Shown: positions 18,239-27,234 of the stretch, piece by piece
How positions within the stretch are numbered: the stretch's first letter is position 1
How the letters are laid out: each line of letters starts with the position of its first letter
From: Anaerolineae bacterium
GTDB lineage: Bacteria > Chloroflexota > Anaerolineae > JAADDB01
Direction of reading: 5' to 3'
Length of the DNA: 59,994 nt
NCBI GenBank assembly: GCA_015486895.1
Contig: WFQT01000217.1
Coordinates: 1 to 59,994, forward strand
The notes under the pieces: model-generated
Database searches by the model: none
What the model was told of the DNA's origin: nothing
Seen by the model: only the letters and a program-made list of their open reading frames with translations
Program-made: the position numbers and the translations under genes

Positions 18239-18451
18239 TTAGGGGACAGGATCGTATCCCCCAGGGTTAAAGGGGTGACAACGAGAGATTCTTTTCAAAC
18301 CTAACCATCCCCCCTTAACCACGCCGTATTTCTCGATAGCCTCGTAAGTGTAGTGGGAACAGGTCGGAGTAAAACGACAACTAGGTGGGAAAGCAGGGGA
18401 GATGAACTTCTGATAGAAATAGATAATCCCCAGAATTACCTTCTTAAGCAT
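18239..18451 (-). CDS. yidD: Membrane protein insertion efficiency factor YidD.
   Basis: YQKFISP...[19 protein letters not shown]...RISRCHPF signature. Overlaps the rnpA end by 8 nt. Confidence 0.93.
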   Translation of the reverse strand: MLKKVILGIIYFYQKFISPAFPPSCRFTPTCSHYTYEAIEKYGVVKGGWLGLKRISRCHPFNPGGYDPVP

Positions 18452-18809
18452 GGTGTTTTACCTCACCATTGGACACAGGCCACAAGTTTGCTTGTTGTAA
18501 TAAGATGAGTACTGCCGTTTCTAAGTCTGTATAGACAGCTTGACGAGCAGGTGGCCGGGCAATGCATAGCACATCCCAGCCAGGTTGAATTCGAGTCAGA
18601 TGTTGGCGCATAACTTCCCGTAACCGCCGACGCACCTTGTTGCGTATAACAGCTTTCCCAATCCTCTTGCTCACAGAAAAACCAAAGCGGCTATAAGACA
18701 ATCCATTGGGCAATGTGACTAAGACACACAGCGGATGTGCCCATGCCTTTCCCTGCCGCCGCACTTGCACAAGACGGTCGTGTTCCCGTAACCGATAACG
18801 ACGTTTCAC
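18444..18809 (-). CDS. rnpA: Ribonuclease P protein component.
   Basis: A basic 121-aa protein with the RNR-like motif ([14 protein letters not shown]), located between rpmH and yidD. GTG start. Confidence 0.88.
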   Translation of the reverse strand: MKRRYRLREHDRLVQVRRQGKAWAHPLCVLVTLPNGLSYSRFGFSVSKRIGKAVIRNKVRRRLREVMRQHLTRIQPGWDVLCIARPPARQAVYTDLETAVLILLQQANLWPVSNGEVKHHA

Positions 18810-18875
18810 GACCTTGCTTCTTCCTCCAACGATAGAATGTCACGTGGCGGCTTAGACGCTCACAGCCACAAACAG

Positions 18876-19013
18876 TCAGACTGTTAACCGCTTACGACCG
18901 CGCAGACGACGCGCTTTTAAGACTCTGCGTCCCCCCTTTGTTTTCATGCGCGCTCGAAAGCCATGCACTCGCTTGCGGCGGCGCGCTTTAGGCTGATATG
19001 TTCGCTTAGGCAT
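18876..19013 (-). CDS. rpmH: 50S ribosomal protein L34.
   Basis: Hand translation of the minus strand gives [45 protein letters not shown]. It is absent from the ORF track because it is under 60 aa. It sits in the canonical position upstream of rnpA. Confidence 0.95.
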   Translation of the reverse strand: MPKRTYQPKARRRKRVHGFRARMKTKGGRRVLKARRLRGRKRLTV

Positions 19014-19112
19014 TCATTCCTCCTTATCTGACCGATATATGCCAACGGGTGTTCCCGGTACAACGCCAACCAACACAAAAAGGTGGAGACGCTATGTCTC
19101 CACAGATCAACT

Positions 19113-19142
19113 ATTATAAGGTTAAAGGATAAGAGCGTCAAA
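19113..19142 (-). promoter_or_regulatory. Near-consensus sigma-70 promoter for rpmH-rnpA (TTGACG, 17-bp spacer, TATAAT).
   Basis: The minus strand reads 'ttgacgctcttatcctttaaccttataat'. The -35 is at 19137-19142 and the -10 at 19113-19118, ~95 nt upstream of the rpmH ATG. Confidence 0.65.
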
Positions 19143-19290
19143 TCGTGATACCGGCATCGCCGTGGACGCGATACGGCAAGGCAAAACTAATAGGACTAAC
19201 AGATCTCGGCGAGACGAGAAAATCTGCGTTCTATTCTGCCTTTGCCTGAGCAGGCGCCATGGGGGTAGATGTCTGAAACGAAAAACCACC

Positions 19291-20250
19291 TCAGGCCGGC
19301 CGCCGGCGCATACTACGTAATTGCTGGAAAAGTTCTCTCTCCTTCGGTGTCAGCCCATGAGGTAGGCGCACCTCAATAGTCGCCAACAAATCGCCTTTCT
19401 TCTCCGGGTGGTGCAATTGCGGCATCCCTTTACCTCGCAAGCGGAATACTTTGCCATTATCCGTCTCCGGCGGAATCGTCAGCAGTACCGGTTTTTCCAT
19501 GGTCGGCACCTTGATTTCGCCGCCCAATACCGCCGTGTAAAGGTCCACAGGCACCTTGATATGCAAGTCTTTTCCTTGTCTGGTGAACATGCTGTGCGGC
19601 CGTACCCGCACTTTCAGGTAGAGATCGCCAGCAGGGCCGCCCCTGCCACTGCGCCCTCCCTCGCCCCGGACGCGAACTTTAGAGCCAGCCTTCACCCCAG
19701 CGGGAATGTGAACTTCCACCGTGCTACCGTCCGCACGCCGCAACCTCCTGGTCGTTCCGTGATATGCTTCCTCCAAAGTGATCTCGACAGGCTGCTCTAC
19801 ATCCTGGCCTCGTCGGGGTACTTGCCGACCGCGACGAAAGCCCGTCGGCCCGGCACTAACTCCGCCGACACCGCCCATGCCGCCAAATATCTGCTGGAAG
19901 AAATCAGAGAAGCCGCCACCACCAAACAGGTCACCCACATCACCGTACTCGACGTGTACCCCGCCCGGGGTACCGCTGGCCCATTGGCTCCAGTCGAAAC
20001 CGCCCTGCCGACCACCACTCTGTTGATACTGTTGCCACTGGGCACCTAACATATCGTACTTCTTGCGTTTCTCCGGATCGGAGAGCACCTCATGTGCCTC
20101 ATTAATCTCTTTGAACTTACTTTCCGCCCCGGGGCTTTTATTCACATCTGGATGATATTTCCGAGCCAAATGGAGGAAAGCCTGTTTAATTTCCTGCTGA
20201 GTGGCATTGCGATCAACGCCTAATATTTTATAGTAGTCTTTATATTCCAT
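19291..20250 (-). CDS. J-domain co-chaperone, CbpA/DnaJ-like without a zinc finger.
   Basis: J domain (DYYKILGV...YHPDVNK), Gly/Phe-rich region and DnaJ C-terminal domains. There is no CxxCxGxG repeat. Confidence 0.85.
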   Translation of the reverse strand: MEYKDYYKILGVDRNATQQEIKQAFLHLARKYHPDVNKSPGAESKFKEINEAHEVLSDPEKRKKYDMLGAQWQQYQQSGGRQGGFDWSQWASGTPGGVHVEYGDVGDLFGGGGFSDFFQQIFGGMGGVGGVSAGPTGFRRGRQVPRRGQDVEQPVEITLEEAYHGTTRRLRRADGSTVEVHIPAGVKAGSKVRVRGEGGRSGRGGPAGDLYLKVRVRPHSMFTRQGKDLHIKVPVDLYTAVLGGEIKVPTMEKPVLLTIPPETDNGKVFRLRGKGMPQLHHPEKKGDLLATIEVRLPHGLTPKERELFQQLRSMRRRPA

Positions 20251-20557
20251 CTTTGCCGTGCTCCTTTATTCTGAGTATAGTTTACATCTATCGTAGCAGC
20301 AATGCAATCAGCATCACGTTTGAGCTTCATTTGTTTTTTATGTGAAGCAAGCTATAATATTCTGGTGGAGTATTGTGACCAAGATAACACTGGTGACAAT
20401 CCTTGCCAGCCGTCACCTGACATCATATGCGGGCGGTCATTATCTTATCTATGGCGTGTCCTATCAATAACCCGGGGTGGTGCCGCTTTTACCCACCGGT
20501 AGTCCTTTGAGGGATTGCTTCGCAAAATTCGGCACTCTGTGGCTTATGGCTCACCAC

Positions 20558-20628
20558 CATCCGACCTCCTCCAACTTTAAGGGGAGGAAAACAGCCTACA
20601 CCAACCCGATTCGTCCTCGCAGGGGGAC
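20558..20628 (+). repeat. Conserved ~70-85-nt intergenic motif, copy X1 (the second copy is at 37038-37122).
   Basis: The shared string is 'catccgNcct..ccNNctttaNgNgNagga.aacNgccYacRccRaYccgattYgtc...ggggg'. Similarity is ~70-75% by eye. Confidence 0.5.
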
Positions 20629-20745
20629 ATTTGGCGGCACGCCTTAAGCCCCGAATTCACTCAGAGGGCAAGGGAATGTCACTAAATATTGAGAGAATAC
20701 TCTATGGCCACCTCAAACTGCAGAGAAGAAAGGGCTACAAGTCAA

Positions 20746-21471
20746 ATGACAGGTACCTTGATTAACATGACCACAGTGTTCATTGGCTCCCTGGTGGGCA
20801 CTCTTATAGGAAGTCGCCTACCGGACAAGATCCACCAAACCGTCATACACGGCATTGGCTTGATGACCTTGGTCGTGGGCATGCAGATGGCACTCAAGAC
20901 ACACAATATCCTTATCCCCTTATTTAGCGTCCTCCTCGGTGGTATCCTGGGAGAATGGTGGCATTTTGACAATAGCCTTAAGCAATTTGGGCGTTGGTTG
21001 GAGGAGCACGTTGGTAACTATATAGGGACAAAGGATGAACGCTCATTGACACGAGCTTTTGTCACCGCCAGCTTGGTCTTTTGTATAGGACCGCTGACCA
21101 TTTTAGGTGCAATCCAGGACGGTCTCACCGGCGATTACACTCTTTTAGCCATTAAATCACTATTAGACGGGTTTACTTCCTTCGCCTTCGCAGCCAGCTT
21201 GGGCCCCGGCGTCATCCTTTCCCTTATCACCATTCTTATCTTTCAAGGTGGCATCAGCGTCTTGGCCATGGCCGTGGGTAGTGGCCTTGGCAATGTTACG
21301 CCAGAAACGCTCTGGGTGGTGGAGATGACTGCTACCGGTGGTGTACTCATTCTTGGCCTCGGCCTGTTATTATTAGAACTCAAGGAAATCCGGGTAGCTA
21401 ACTTACTGCCATCCGTTTTCTTAGCGCCGCTCATTGTTGTTCTTCTACAGGCGCTACACATATCTTTCTGA
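20746..21471 (+). CDS. DUF554 family membrane protein (YqgA-like).
   Basis: N-terminus MTGTLINMTTVFIGSLVGTLIGSRLPDKI...GIGLMTLVVG matches the family pattern. ATG 20746 is preferred over the listed 20689. Confidence 0.7.
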   Translation: MTGTLINMTTVFIGSLVGTLIGSRLPDKIHQTVIHGIGLMTLVVGMQMALKTHNILIPLFSVLLGGILGEWWHFDNSLKQFGRWLEEHVGNYIGTKDERSLTRAFVTASLVFCIGPLTILGAIQDGLTGDYTLLAIKSLLDGFTSFAFAASLGPGVILSLITILIFQGGISVLAMAVGSGLGNVTPETLWVVEMTATGGVLILGLGLLLLELKEIRVANLLPSVFLAPLIVVLLQALHISF

Positions 21472-21481
21472 AGGGAGAAAT

Positions 21482-22171
21482 ATGACTGAACCAATCCGGA
21501 AAGAACCTCCAGTAGTGAAAATCTGCGGCTTGACCAACTGGGAAGACGCCTGGGTGGCAACACAAGCCGGCACTGATTTTCTCGGCTTCATCTTTTACGA
21601 GAAAAGCCCCCGTTATGTCCCTGTGGAGACAGTGAAAACAATCGTGCAGCGGTTACGACAGGAACGACCAGAGCCCCCACCTTACACAGTTGGCGTGTTC
21701 GTCAATGCTTCCGTGGAAACCGTGCAAACCACTCTGGATGAAAGTGGGTTGGATTACGCTCAATTGCACGGCGATGAAACCCCGGCCATACTGGAGGCAC
21801 TGAACCGGCGAGCTTACAAAGCACTGCGTCCTTTGTCCAAAGAGGAAGCAGATGCAGATGCCGGCTGGTATGCGCCTTTAGCACCAAAGGGTCGTCACGC
21901 TCCAAAAATTCTCATTGACGCTTATCACCCTAACCTGTACGGGGGTAGTGGTCTGAAGGCGAATTGGGACATTTTAGCCTATTTGACGTCCCAGCGGTTC
22001 AAAATCATCATGGCAGGTGGGCTGACGCCAGAAAATGTGGCCGAGGCAGTCCGTTACGTTGGGCCATGGGGCGTTGATGTAAGTAGCGGTGTCGAGGCTG
22101 CTCCGGGCAAGAAAGACCCGGAAAAGGTGATTGCCTTTATCCGTGCAGCAAAAACCGCCTGGAAGGTATAA
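21482..22171 (+). CDS. trpF: Phosphoribosylanthranilate isomerase.
   Basis: VKICGLT...GTDFLGFIFYEKSPRYV...AQLHGDE...GGSG...ILAGGL. The ATG has an upstream 'gaagggag' SD. Confidence 0.88.
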   Translation: MTEPIRKEPPVVKICGLTNWEDAWVATQAGTDFLGFIFYEKSPRYVPVETVKTIVQRLRQERPEPPPYTVGVFVNASVETVQTTLDESGLDYAQLHGDETPAILEALNRRAYKALRPLSKEEADADAGWYAPLAPKGRHAPKILIDAYHPNLYGGSGLKANWDILAYLTSQRFKIIMAGGLTPENVAEAVRYVGPWGVDVSSGVEAAPGKKDPEKVIAFIRAAKTAWKV

Positions 22172-22172
22172 C

Positions 22173-22805
22173 ATGGCACCAGAAAAGGATGAGGGGGATT
22201 TACGTCACCTGAAACCAGTCGGCGACAATATCGGCTGGCACCTCCTGAGAACAACATACCTCTTCCAGAGCCGTTGGCACAATTTGCGGCAGGACCGCGT
22301 CATCTTACCCAATGGCCAGGAAATTGACTTTACTTACCAGGAACATTCGGGCTTTGTGCTGGTAGTGCCCATGGTTAGCGATGACGAAGTAGCTTTGATT
22401 CGCAGCTACCGTTACCCGGTAGACGCCTGGAGCTGGGAGGTGCCGGCCGGAGGCTTAGGCACAAAGCCCGGAGAATCACCGGAGGATGTAGCGCGGGATG
22501 AATTGGCTGAGGAAATAGGTGGCATTATCCATGGTGAGCTGGTGTCTTTAGGCTCATTTTTTGGCGCTGTGGGCACCAGTGATGCTGTAGGGCATTTCTT
22601 CTTAGCGTGGGACGTACGTTTTGAAGTTACACCACATCGTGAGTGCACCGAATTCATGCAGGTGCATGTCAAGCCCTATCGAGAAGCGTTAAGCATGGTC
22701 AGCCGGGAAGAATTACGGGACGCCCAAAGCGCCCTGGCGCTTTTCTTATCCCGGCCATATATCCTCGACCGGCAACTGCTCAGCCATCATCCGCTAGAAC
22801 GCTGA
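22173..22805 (+). CDS. NUDIX hydrolase (ADP-ribose pyrophosphatase-like).
   Basis: Nudix box GG...PGESPEDVARDELAEEIG. The ATG is 1 nt after the trpF stop. Confidence 0.8.
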   Translation: MAPEKDEGDLRHLKPVGDNIGWHLLRTTYLFQSRWHNLRQDRVILPNGQEIDFTYQEHSGFVLVVPMVSDDEVALIRSYRYPVDAWSWEVPAGGLGTKPGESPEDVARDELAEEIGGIIHGELVSLGSFFGAVGTSDAVGHFFLAWDVRFEVTPHRECTEFMQVHVKPYREALSMVSREELRDAQSALALFLSRPYILDRQLLSHHPLER

Positions 22806-22833
22806 CGACGCTGAGCAGCTTCGCGCGTCAATA

Positions 22834-23808
22834 CTACTTCTCTGACTGCAGCCCTGTCGGTGAAGGACGTCGGCGCTTGCGGAAAACCCAGCGCACGATC
22901 CAGAAAAGAAAGTAAATCGGGATAGCAATCAGGATAATGATAGGCAACACGAAGACAATAATGTAAATCGTCAACTGTGCCAGCGCACGCACAGCAGCAC
23001 TGAGCAAGCTTAATGCGTTATGGAGAGTCACTGCCGGCCGCCATGGCCCTTTGACGATAGGCCGGCTCAAAGCGTCGGGAGTGATGGTCACGTTGATGGT
23101 AGTAAAAGTGGTTAACTTCTCTAACATCTGCATCTGCCCTTTGACCTGCTCAATTTGCCCCCGTACATTGCTCAACTCCCGGTAAACATCCATGACATCG
23201 CTGGCCCGCTGCGTCCGTTTGCGCACATCGCTCAGTAACGCCTGTAATTCCTTTTCCGTGGTCTCCAAGTTGCGCAAGCGAGCGTTCAAATCCACGTAGC
23301 GATCGGTAACATCCTGTGTGGAGAGCTGCTCATCATCGACGCGCAAGGCCAACTGCCGCAACTGCTCCAAGAAAGTGTCGAATTGGCCCAACGGCACCCG
23401 CAATGTCATGCTGGCGCGAGTTTGTCCGTTATCCAGCCAAGTATGTTCCTTAGCAACATAACCACCGGCCGCAGCGACCTGCTCCCGAATCTGTTGTACA
23501 GTCCTCTTACTGTCTTTCACTACCAGGTGCAGGTTGTCGGTATAGATAATCTTCCGCCCCGCCGCAGCTTTCTCGGTCTCCAAATCCACCATAGAACTAG
23601 AACCAGATGCCTGCCCCTTTTTTTGCACAACATTAGCAGAAGGAGTAAAACTTCGCGCTCCCTCTTGCACTGGCACTGGCGCTGCTGGCATTTCTCGCGG
23701 CACCGGCGCTTCTTTCGATGCCAGCCGGCTACCGCAACCGCTCAGCAACAGCACCAATGCCAACAACACTATCACGCCCGGCAATATTAGCTTTTTCCCC
23801 TTGCTCAT
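22834..23808 (-). CDS. DUF4349 domain lipoprotein.
   Basis: Lipobox LLLSGC, RKIIYTDNLHLVVKD...AAAGGYV, a coiled-coil middle region and a C-terminal TM segment. ATG 23808 is preferred over the listed 23901. Confidence 0.65.
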   Translation of the reverse strand: MSKGKKLILPGVIVLLALVLLLSGCGSRLASKEAPVPREMPAAPVPVQEGARSFTPSANVVQKKGQASGSSSMVDLETEKAAAGRKIIYTDNLHLVVKDSKRTVQQIREQVAAAGGYVAKEHTWLDNGQTRASMTLRVPLGQFDTFLEQLRQLALRVDDEQLSTQDVTDRYVDLNARLRNLETTEKELQALLSDVRKRTQRASDVMDVYRELSNVRGQIEQVKGQMQMLEKLTTFTTINVTITPDALSRPIVKGPWRPAVTLHNALSLLSAAVRALAQLTIYIIVFVLPIIILIAIPIYFLFWIVRWVFRKRRRPSPTGLQSEK

Positions 23809-24241
23809 GGTCCTCCCCTTCCTCTTCCAGAAACCACCAAACCTCCCAAAGGCTACAATCGAACATACGAGAGGATACTGTTCATGAGACGACATCACCA
23901 CCCGACCAGTTCCATGACGGTAAGCGTCGACATGACATCCACCCTCACCATCTTTGACGAAAGGTGGACACTCCGTATATGAAATTCTAACAAAAATGTG
24001 CTAAGCTGTAAATGCATTTCGCAATTATGCCGGAAACAAGGCGAGCGGTGACAACAAAAACCGGGCTCATGGATCTGATAGTCCCAGAAGTCCCGTCGGG
24101 CAACCATTAGTTCCCAAGCATCGATTTTTTAACCGCTCATGTGGACTCAAGCCTCGCCACAGGAAACCGAGTGAGGCACCAATCTGTTTTGTGCCCATCC
24201 GGTTCGCCGAAGAATGCCGAGGAAGAGAAAGGAGGCGGTTG

Positions 24242-25264
24242 ATGCTGAAAGAAGCAATGCTATCACGACCATTGCATAAAGGATACGTGCAATGTACGGC
24301 GTGCGAGCATTGGTGTGCGATGGCACCTGGTGAAGCCGGGAAGTGTGGTGTACGGCGCAACATCGACGGAAAGCTGCAATTGCTGGTATATGGACGGGCA
24401 GCGGCTGTTAACATCGACCCTGTGGAAAAGAAACCCCTCTTCCACTTTTTGCCTGGCCGACCGATCTTCTCTATCGGGACTTTGGGTTGCAACTTCCGTT
24501 GCCGTTTCTGCCAAAACTGGGACATCTCCCAGATACGAGATTTTGATCCTAATGATCGCATTGTTGGCAAACGGTGGCTGCCGGAAGAGATTGTTGCCTA
24601 CTGCCGGCGTGAGGAGATTCCGCTGATTGCTTTTACCTACAACGAGCCGATAGTTTTCTTTGAGTATGCCTACGACACTGCCAAACTGGCAGCAAAGTAT
24701 GGGATCCGCAGCGTTTTCGTCTCTAGCGGCTTCGAGACATTAGAAGCAATCCGGACTATTGAACCATACTTAGCGGCGACCAACATTGACTTGAAGGGAT
24801 TCACAGAACACTTTTACCGGCAGTACACTGGCGGACGCCTGAAGCCAGTAATGCGAAATATTGAGCACATAGCCAAGAACACCGATATCTGGATAGAAGT
24901 AACAACGCTGTTGATCCCCGGCCTAAACGACTCCAATGAGGAAATCAAGCAAATGGCGAGCTTCCTGGCTGGAATCAGCCAGGATATTCCGTGGCACGTC
25001 ACTGCTTTTCACCCGGCCTATAAGATGCTGGATCGCCCGCCTACACCTCCTTCGACATTGGTGAGGGCGTATGACATAGCTAAGGAAGCAGGACTAAATT
25101 TTGTTTATGTAGGCAATGTAGTAGACCATAAGCGGGAAAACACTTACTGTCCCCATTGCGGTGCGCTGCTGGTAGAACGTTACTGGTACCAGGTGCAAGA
25201 ACACTGGCAGGAGCCGGGGGTGTGCCCTGTTTGTGGCTATCACGTTCCAGGGATATGGAGGTGA
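24242..25264 (+). CDS. amrS: AmmeMemoRadiSam system radical SAM enzyme.
   Basis: CNFRCRFCQNW radical-SAM triad, an N-terminal Cys cluster (CTACEHWC...GKCGVRRN) and a C-terminal CPHCG...CPVCG. 'aaaggagg' SD upstream of ATG 24242. Confidence 0.85.
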   Translation: MLKEAMLSRPLHKGYVQCTACEHWCAMAPGEAGKCGVRRNIDGKLQLLVYGRAAAVNIDPVEKKPLFHFLPGRPIFSIGTLGCNFRCRFCQNWDISQIRDFDPNDRIVGKRWLPEEIVAYCRREEIPLIAFTYNEPIVFFEYAYDTAKLAAKYGIRSVFVSSGFETLEAIRTIEPYLAATNIDLKGFTEHFYRQYTGGRLKPVMRNIEHIAKNTDIWIEVTTLLIPGLNDSNEEIKQMASFLAGISQDIPWHVTAFHPAYKMLDRPPTPPSTLVRAYDIAKEAGLNFVYVGNVVDHKRENTYCPHCGALLVERYWYQVQEHWQEPGVCPVCGYHVPGIWR

Positions 25265-25270
25265 TACACG

Positions 25271-26107
25271 ATGTATACGACGAGAGAACGACGACGTACA
25301 GTAAGGCCCGCTGCGGTAGCTGGTGCTTTTTATCCCGCCGATCCGGCACTGCTGCAGCAAACGGTTGAACAGTTCATGGAAGCGGCAGAAGTGCCATCCT
25401 TGTCGGACGTGCGGGCGGTGATCGCCCCCCATGCCGGGTATGTTTACTCCGGCCCCATCGCTGGGGCCAGCTTCAGAATGCTACAACAGTTGCCAAAACG
25501 CCCCCGCACGGTCTATCTCATGGGCCCGGCGCATTACCATCCGGTCAACGGAGTAGCATTAGGCAACTTTTCAGCCCTGCGCACGCCGCTGGGCGAAGTG
25601 CCAGTAGCCGTCGAGATCGTGGATTTGCTGGCAGAGCAGGGCCCACCTTTCCACCTTGACGTGCTAGCACACTTGCCAGAGCACTGTCTGGAAGTAGAAT
25701 TACCCTTCCTGCAAGTAGCGTTGGGAGGGGAAATACGGGTTGTGCCCATGCTGTTCGGGCAGGTAGACTCCCGGCTGGTAGCCATGAGCCTGGTAGAGCC
25801 CTTGCGGTCTGACCCGAATGCCCTGGTGGTAGTCAGCTCCGACCTAAGCCACTATCACAGCTACGACGCGGCGCGGAAGTTAGATGCCCATTTCCTCTCG
25901 GCAGTCTTAGCCAGAGACACCGCAGCAGCAAGCCAAGGAGAAGCGTGTGGCGTGTATCCCATCCTCACCCTAATGAGCATCGCACGGCAGTTCGGTTGGC
26001 AGCCGGTCTTGCTGGATGCCCGTAATTCCGGCGACATCACCGGGGATAAAACGCGGGTGGTAGGCTATGGGGCAGTCGCCTATACCGACAAAATGAAATC
26101 ACGTTGA
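25271..26107 (+). CDS. amrB: AmmeMemoRadiSam system protein B (Memo-like).
   Basis: AGAFYPADPALL...VIAPHAGYVYSGPIAG...SSDLSHY. Starts 6 nt after amrS. Confidence 0.85.
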   Translation: MYTTRERRRTVRPAAVAGAFYPADPALLQQTVEQFMEAAEVPSLSDVRAVIAPHAGYVYSGPIAGASFRMLQQLPKRPRTVYLMGPAHYHPVNGVALGNFSALRTPLGEVPVAVEIVDLLAEQGPPFHLDVLAHLPEHCLEVELPFLQVALGGEIRVVPMLFGQVDSRLVAMSLVEPLRSDPNALVVVSSDLSHYHSYDAARKLDAHFLSAVLARDTAAASQGEACGVYPILTLMSIARQFGWQPVLLDARNSGDITGDKTRVVGYGAVAYTDKMKSR

Positions 26108-26118
26108 GGCGGATCACT

Positions 26119-26694
26119 ATGACAGAAGTAGCATACTTGAGCGATGAAGAAGGAAAACTCTTGCTAACTGTTGCCCGGCGCGCCTTAGAGGTGAAGCTAA
26201 ATGAAGGGAAAGTGCCGGCACAGCACTTAGCTGATTTTCCGCCGAAACTGCAAGCAGAGGGTGCCAGTTTTATCACACTGACAGAGAGCGGACAGCTACG
26301 GGGATGCATCGGCTCACCTACAGCTTTCAGGCCTTTGGTGTTGGACGTGCAAGACAACGCGATTAAAGCTGCCCTCCAAGACCCCCGCTTTCCGCCCCTC
26401 TCCGCGGAGGAATTGCCCCATACAGCAATTGAAGTGTCGGTGCTGACACCACTGCAACCGCTACCATTCTCGGACGTTCCTGATCTACTGCAAAAACTGC
26501 GCCCACGTGTTGACGGCGTACTGCTCACTTGCGGCTGGAATCGTGGCCTCTTCCTACCGCAAGTATGGGAACAACTACCGGACCCGGCGCAGTTTTTGGC
26601 ACACCTATTCCTGAAAGCGGGGCTACCAGCGGATGCGTACCGTCACCGTGATTTCTCGGTGGAGATTTTCCAGGTCCAAGAGTTCCAGGAGTGA
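26119..26694 (+). CDS. amrA: AmmeMemoRadiSam system protein A (AMMECR1 domain).
   Basis: GASFITLTESGQLRGCIGS...DPRFPPL signature. ATG 26119 is preferred; the listed TTG at 26104 overlaps the amrB stop. Confidence 0.85.
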   Translation: MTEVAYLSDEEGKLLLTVARRALEVKLNEGKVPAQHLADFPPKLQAEGASFITLTESGQLRGCIGSPTAFRPLVLDVQDNAIKAALQDPRFPPLSAEELPHTAIEVSVLTPLQPLPFSDVPDLLQKLRPRVDGVLLTCGWNRGLFLPQVWEQLPDPAQFLAHLFLKAGLPADAYRHRDFSVEIFQVQEFQE

Positions 26695-26721
26695 GCCGAG
26701 CGCACAAAACTGCTGTGCATC

Positions 26722-27090
26722 CTACCCCTCGGCATCATATGCGTGATGAAGACCGCCACCCGGCAGCTTTTTCAGCGCTGCCGCCAGCTCTGGGGTCATC
26801 TTAGCGCCAAAACGATATTGATACGGCCACATGCTCACTGCTGAGAAAATGCCAATGCGGTCATTATCTGCAAGAACGTGTCCCAGGTCGGGCTGGAGGC
26901 CGGACATGGCGCTCAGGGCACTGTTGATAAAAGTGGGACCCCGTTCTGCTGCCGGGATACACAGCCGTGAGAGGACATCCCTCATGGTGCTGCCTGGGGT
27001 CATTTCCATTTCCAGATGCGCATAAGCGCCGGCGTCGGTGTTCCCACTATAGCTTGCTATCTCTCCGTAGAGCCACACGTCTATCATCAT
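26722..27090 (-). CDS. MoaD/ThiS-like beta-grasp protein without a C-terminal Gly-Gly (possible AOR accessory).
   Basis: IDVWLYGEIA...PGSTMRDVLSRL...HVLADNDRIGIFSAVS resembles a ubiquitin-like beta-grasp fold. It continues ~35 aa past the point where GG would end. Immediately downstream of aor. Confidence 0.4.
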   Translation of the reverse strand: MMIDVWLYGEIASYSGNTDAGAYAHLEMEMTPGSTMRDVLSRLCIPAAERGPTFINSALSAMSGLQPDLGHVLADNDRIGIFSAVSMWPYQYRFGAKMTPELAAALKKLPGGGLHHAYDAEG

Positions 27091-27234
27091 GATGACCCCT
27101 TCCTGCAGTAACAAGCCATCCTGCACGGGTTGCCTTGGAGGCCGCCGCCCTATGAATGGTCGTAGAGTGAAAAAAGGCCGGCGAGACGTCCCGCCGGCCC
27201 TTTTTCAGGCGTGGAATGTCGTGTCAACAATCCA

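Noticed and set aside
18944-19141. A 65-aa minus-strand ORF overlapping the rpmH region.
   Set aside because: It is out of frame with the clear L34 coding sequence at 18876-19013 and spans its promoter and leader. It has no coding signature.
16290-19142. A chromosomal replication origin next to rpmH-rnpA-yidC-jag.
   Set aside because: There is no dnaA or dnaN in the window. There is no cluster of DnaA boxes; the only TTATCCACA I saw is inside dnaE at about 9165. The adjacent intergenic regions are occupied by the dispersed repeats instead.
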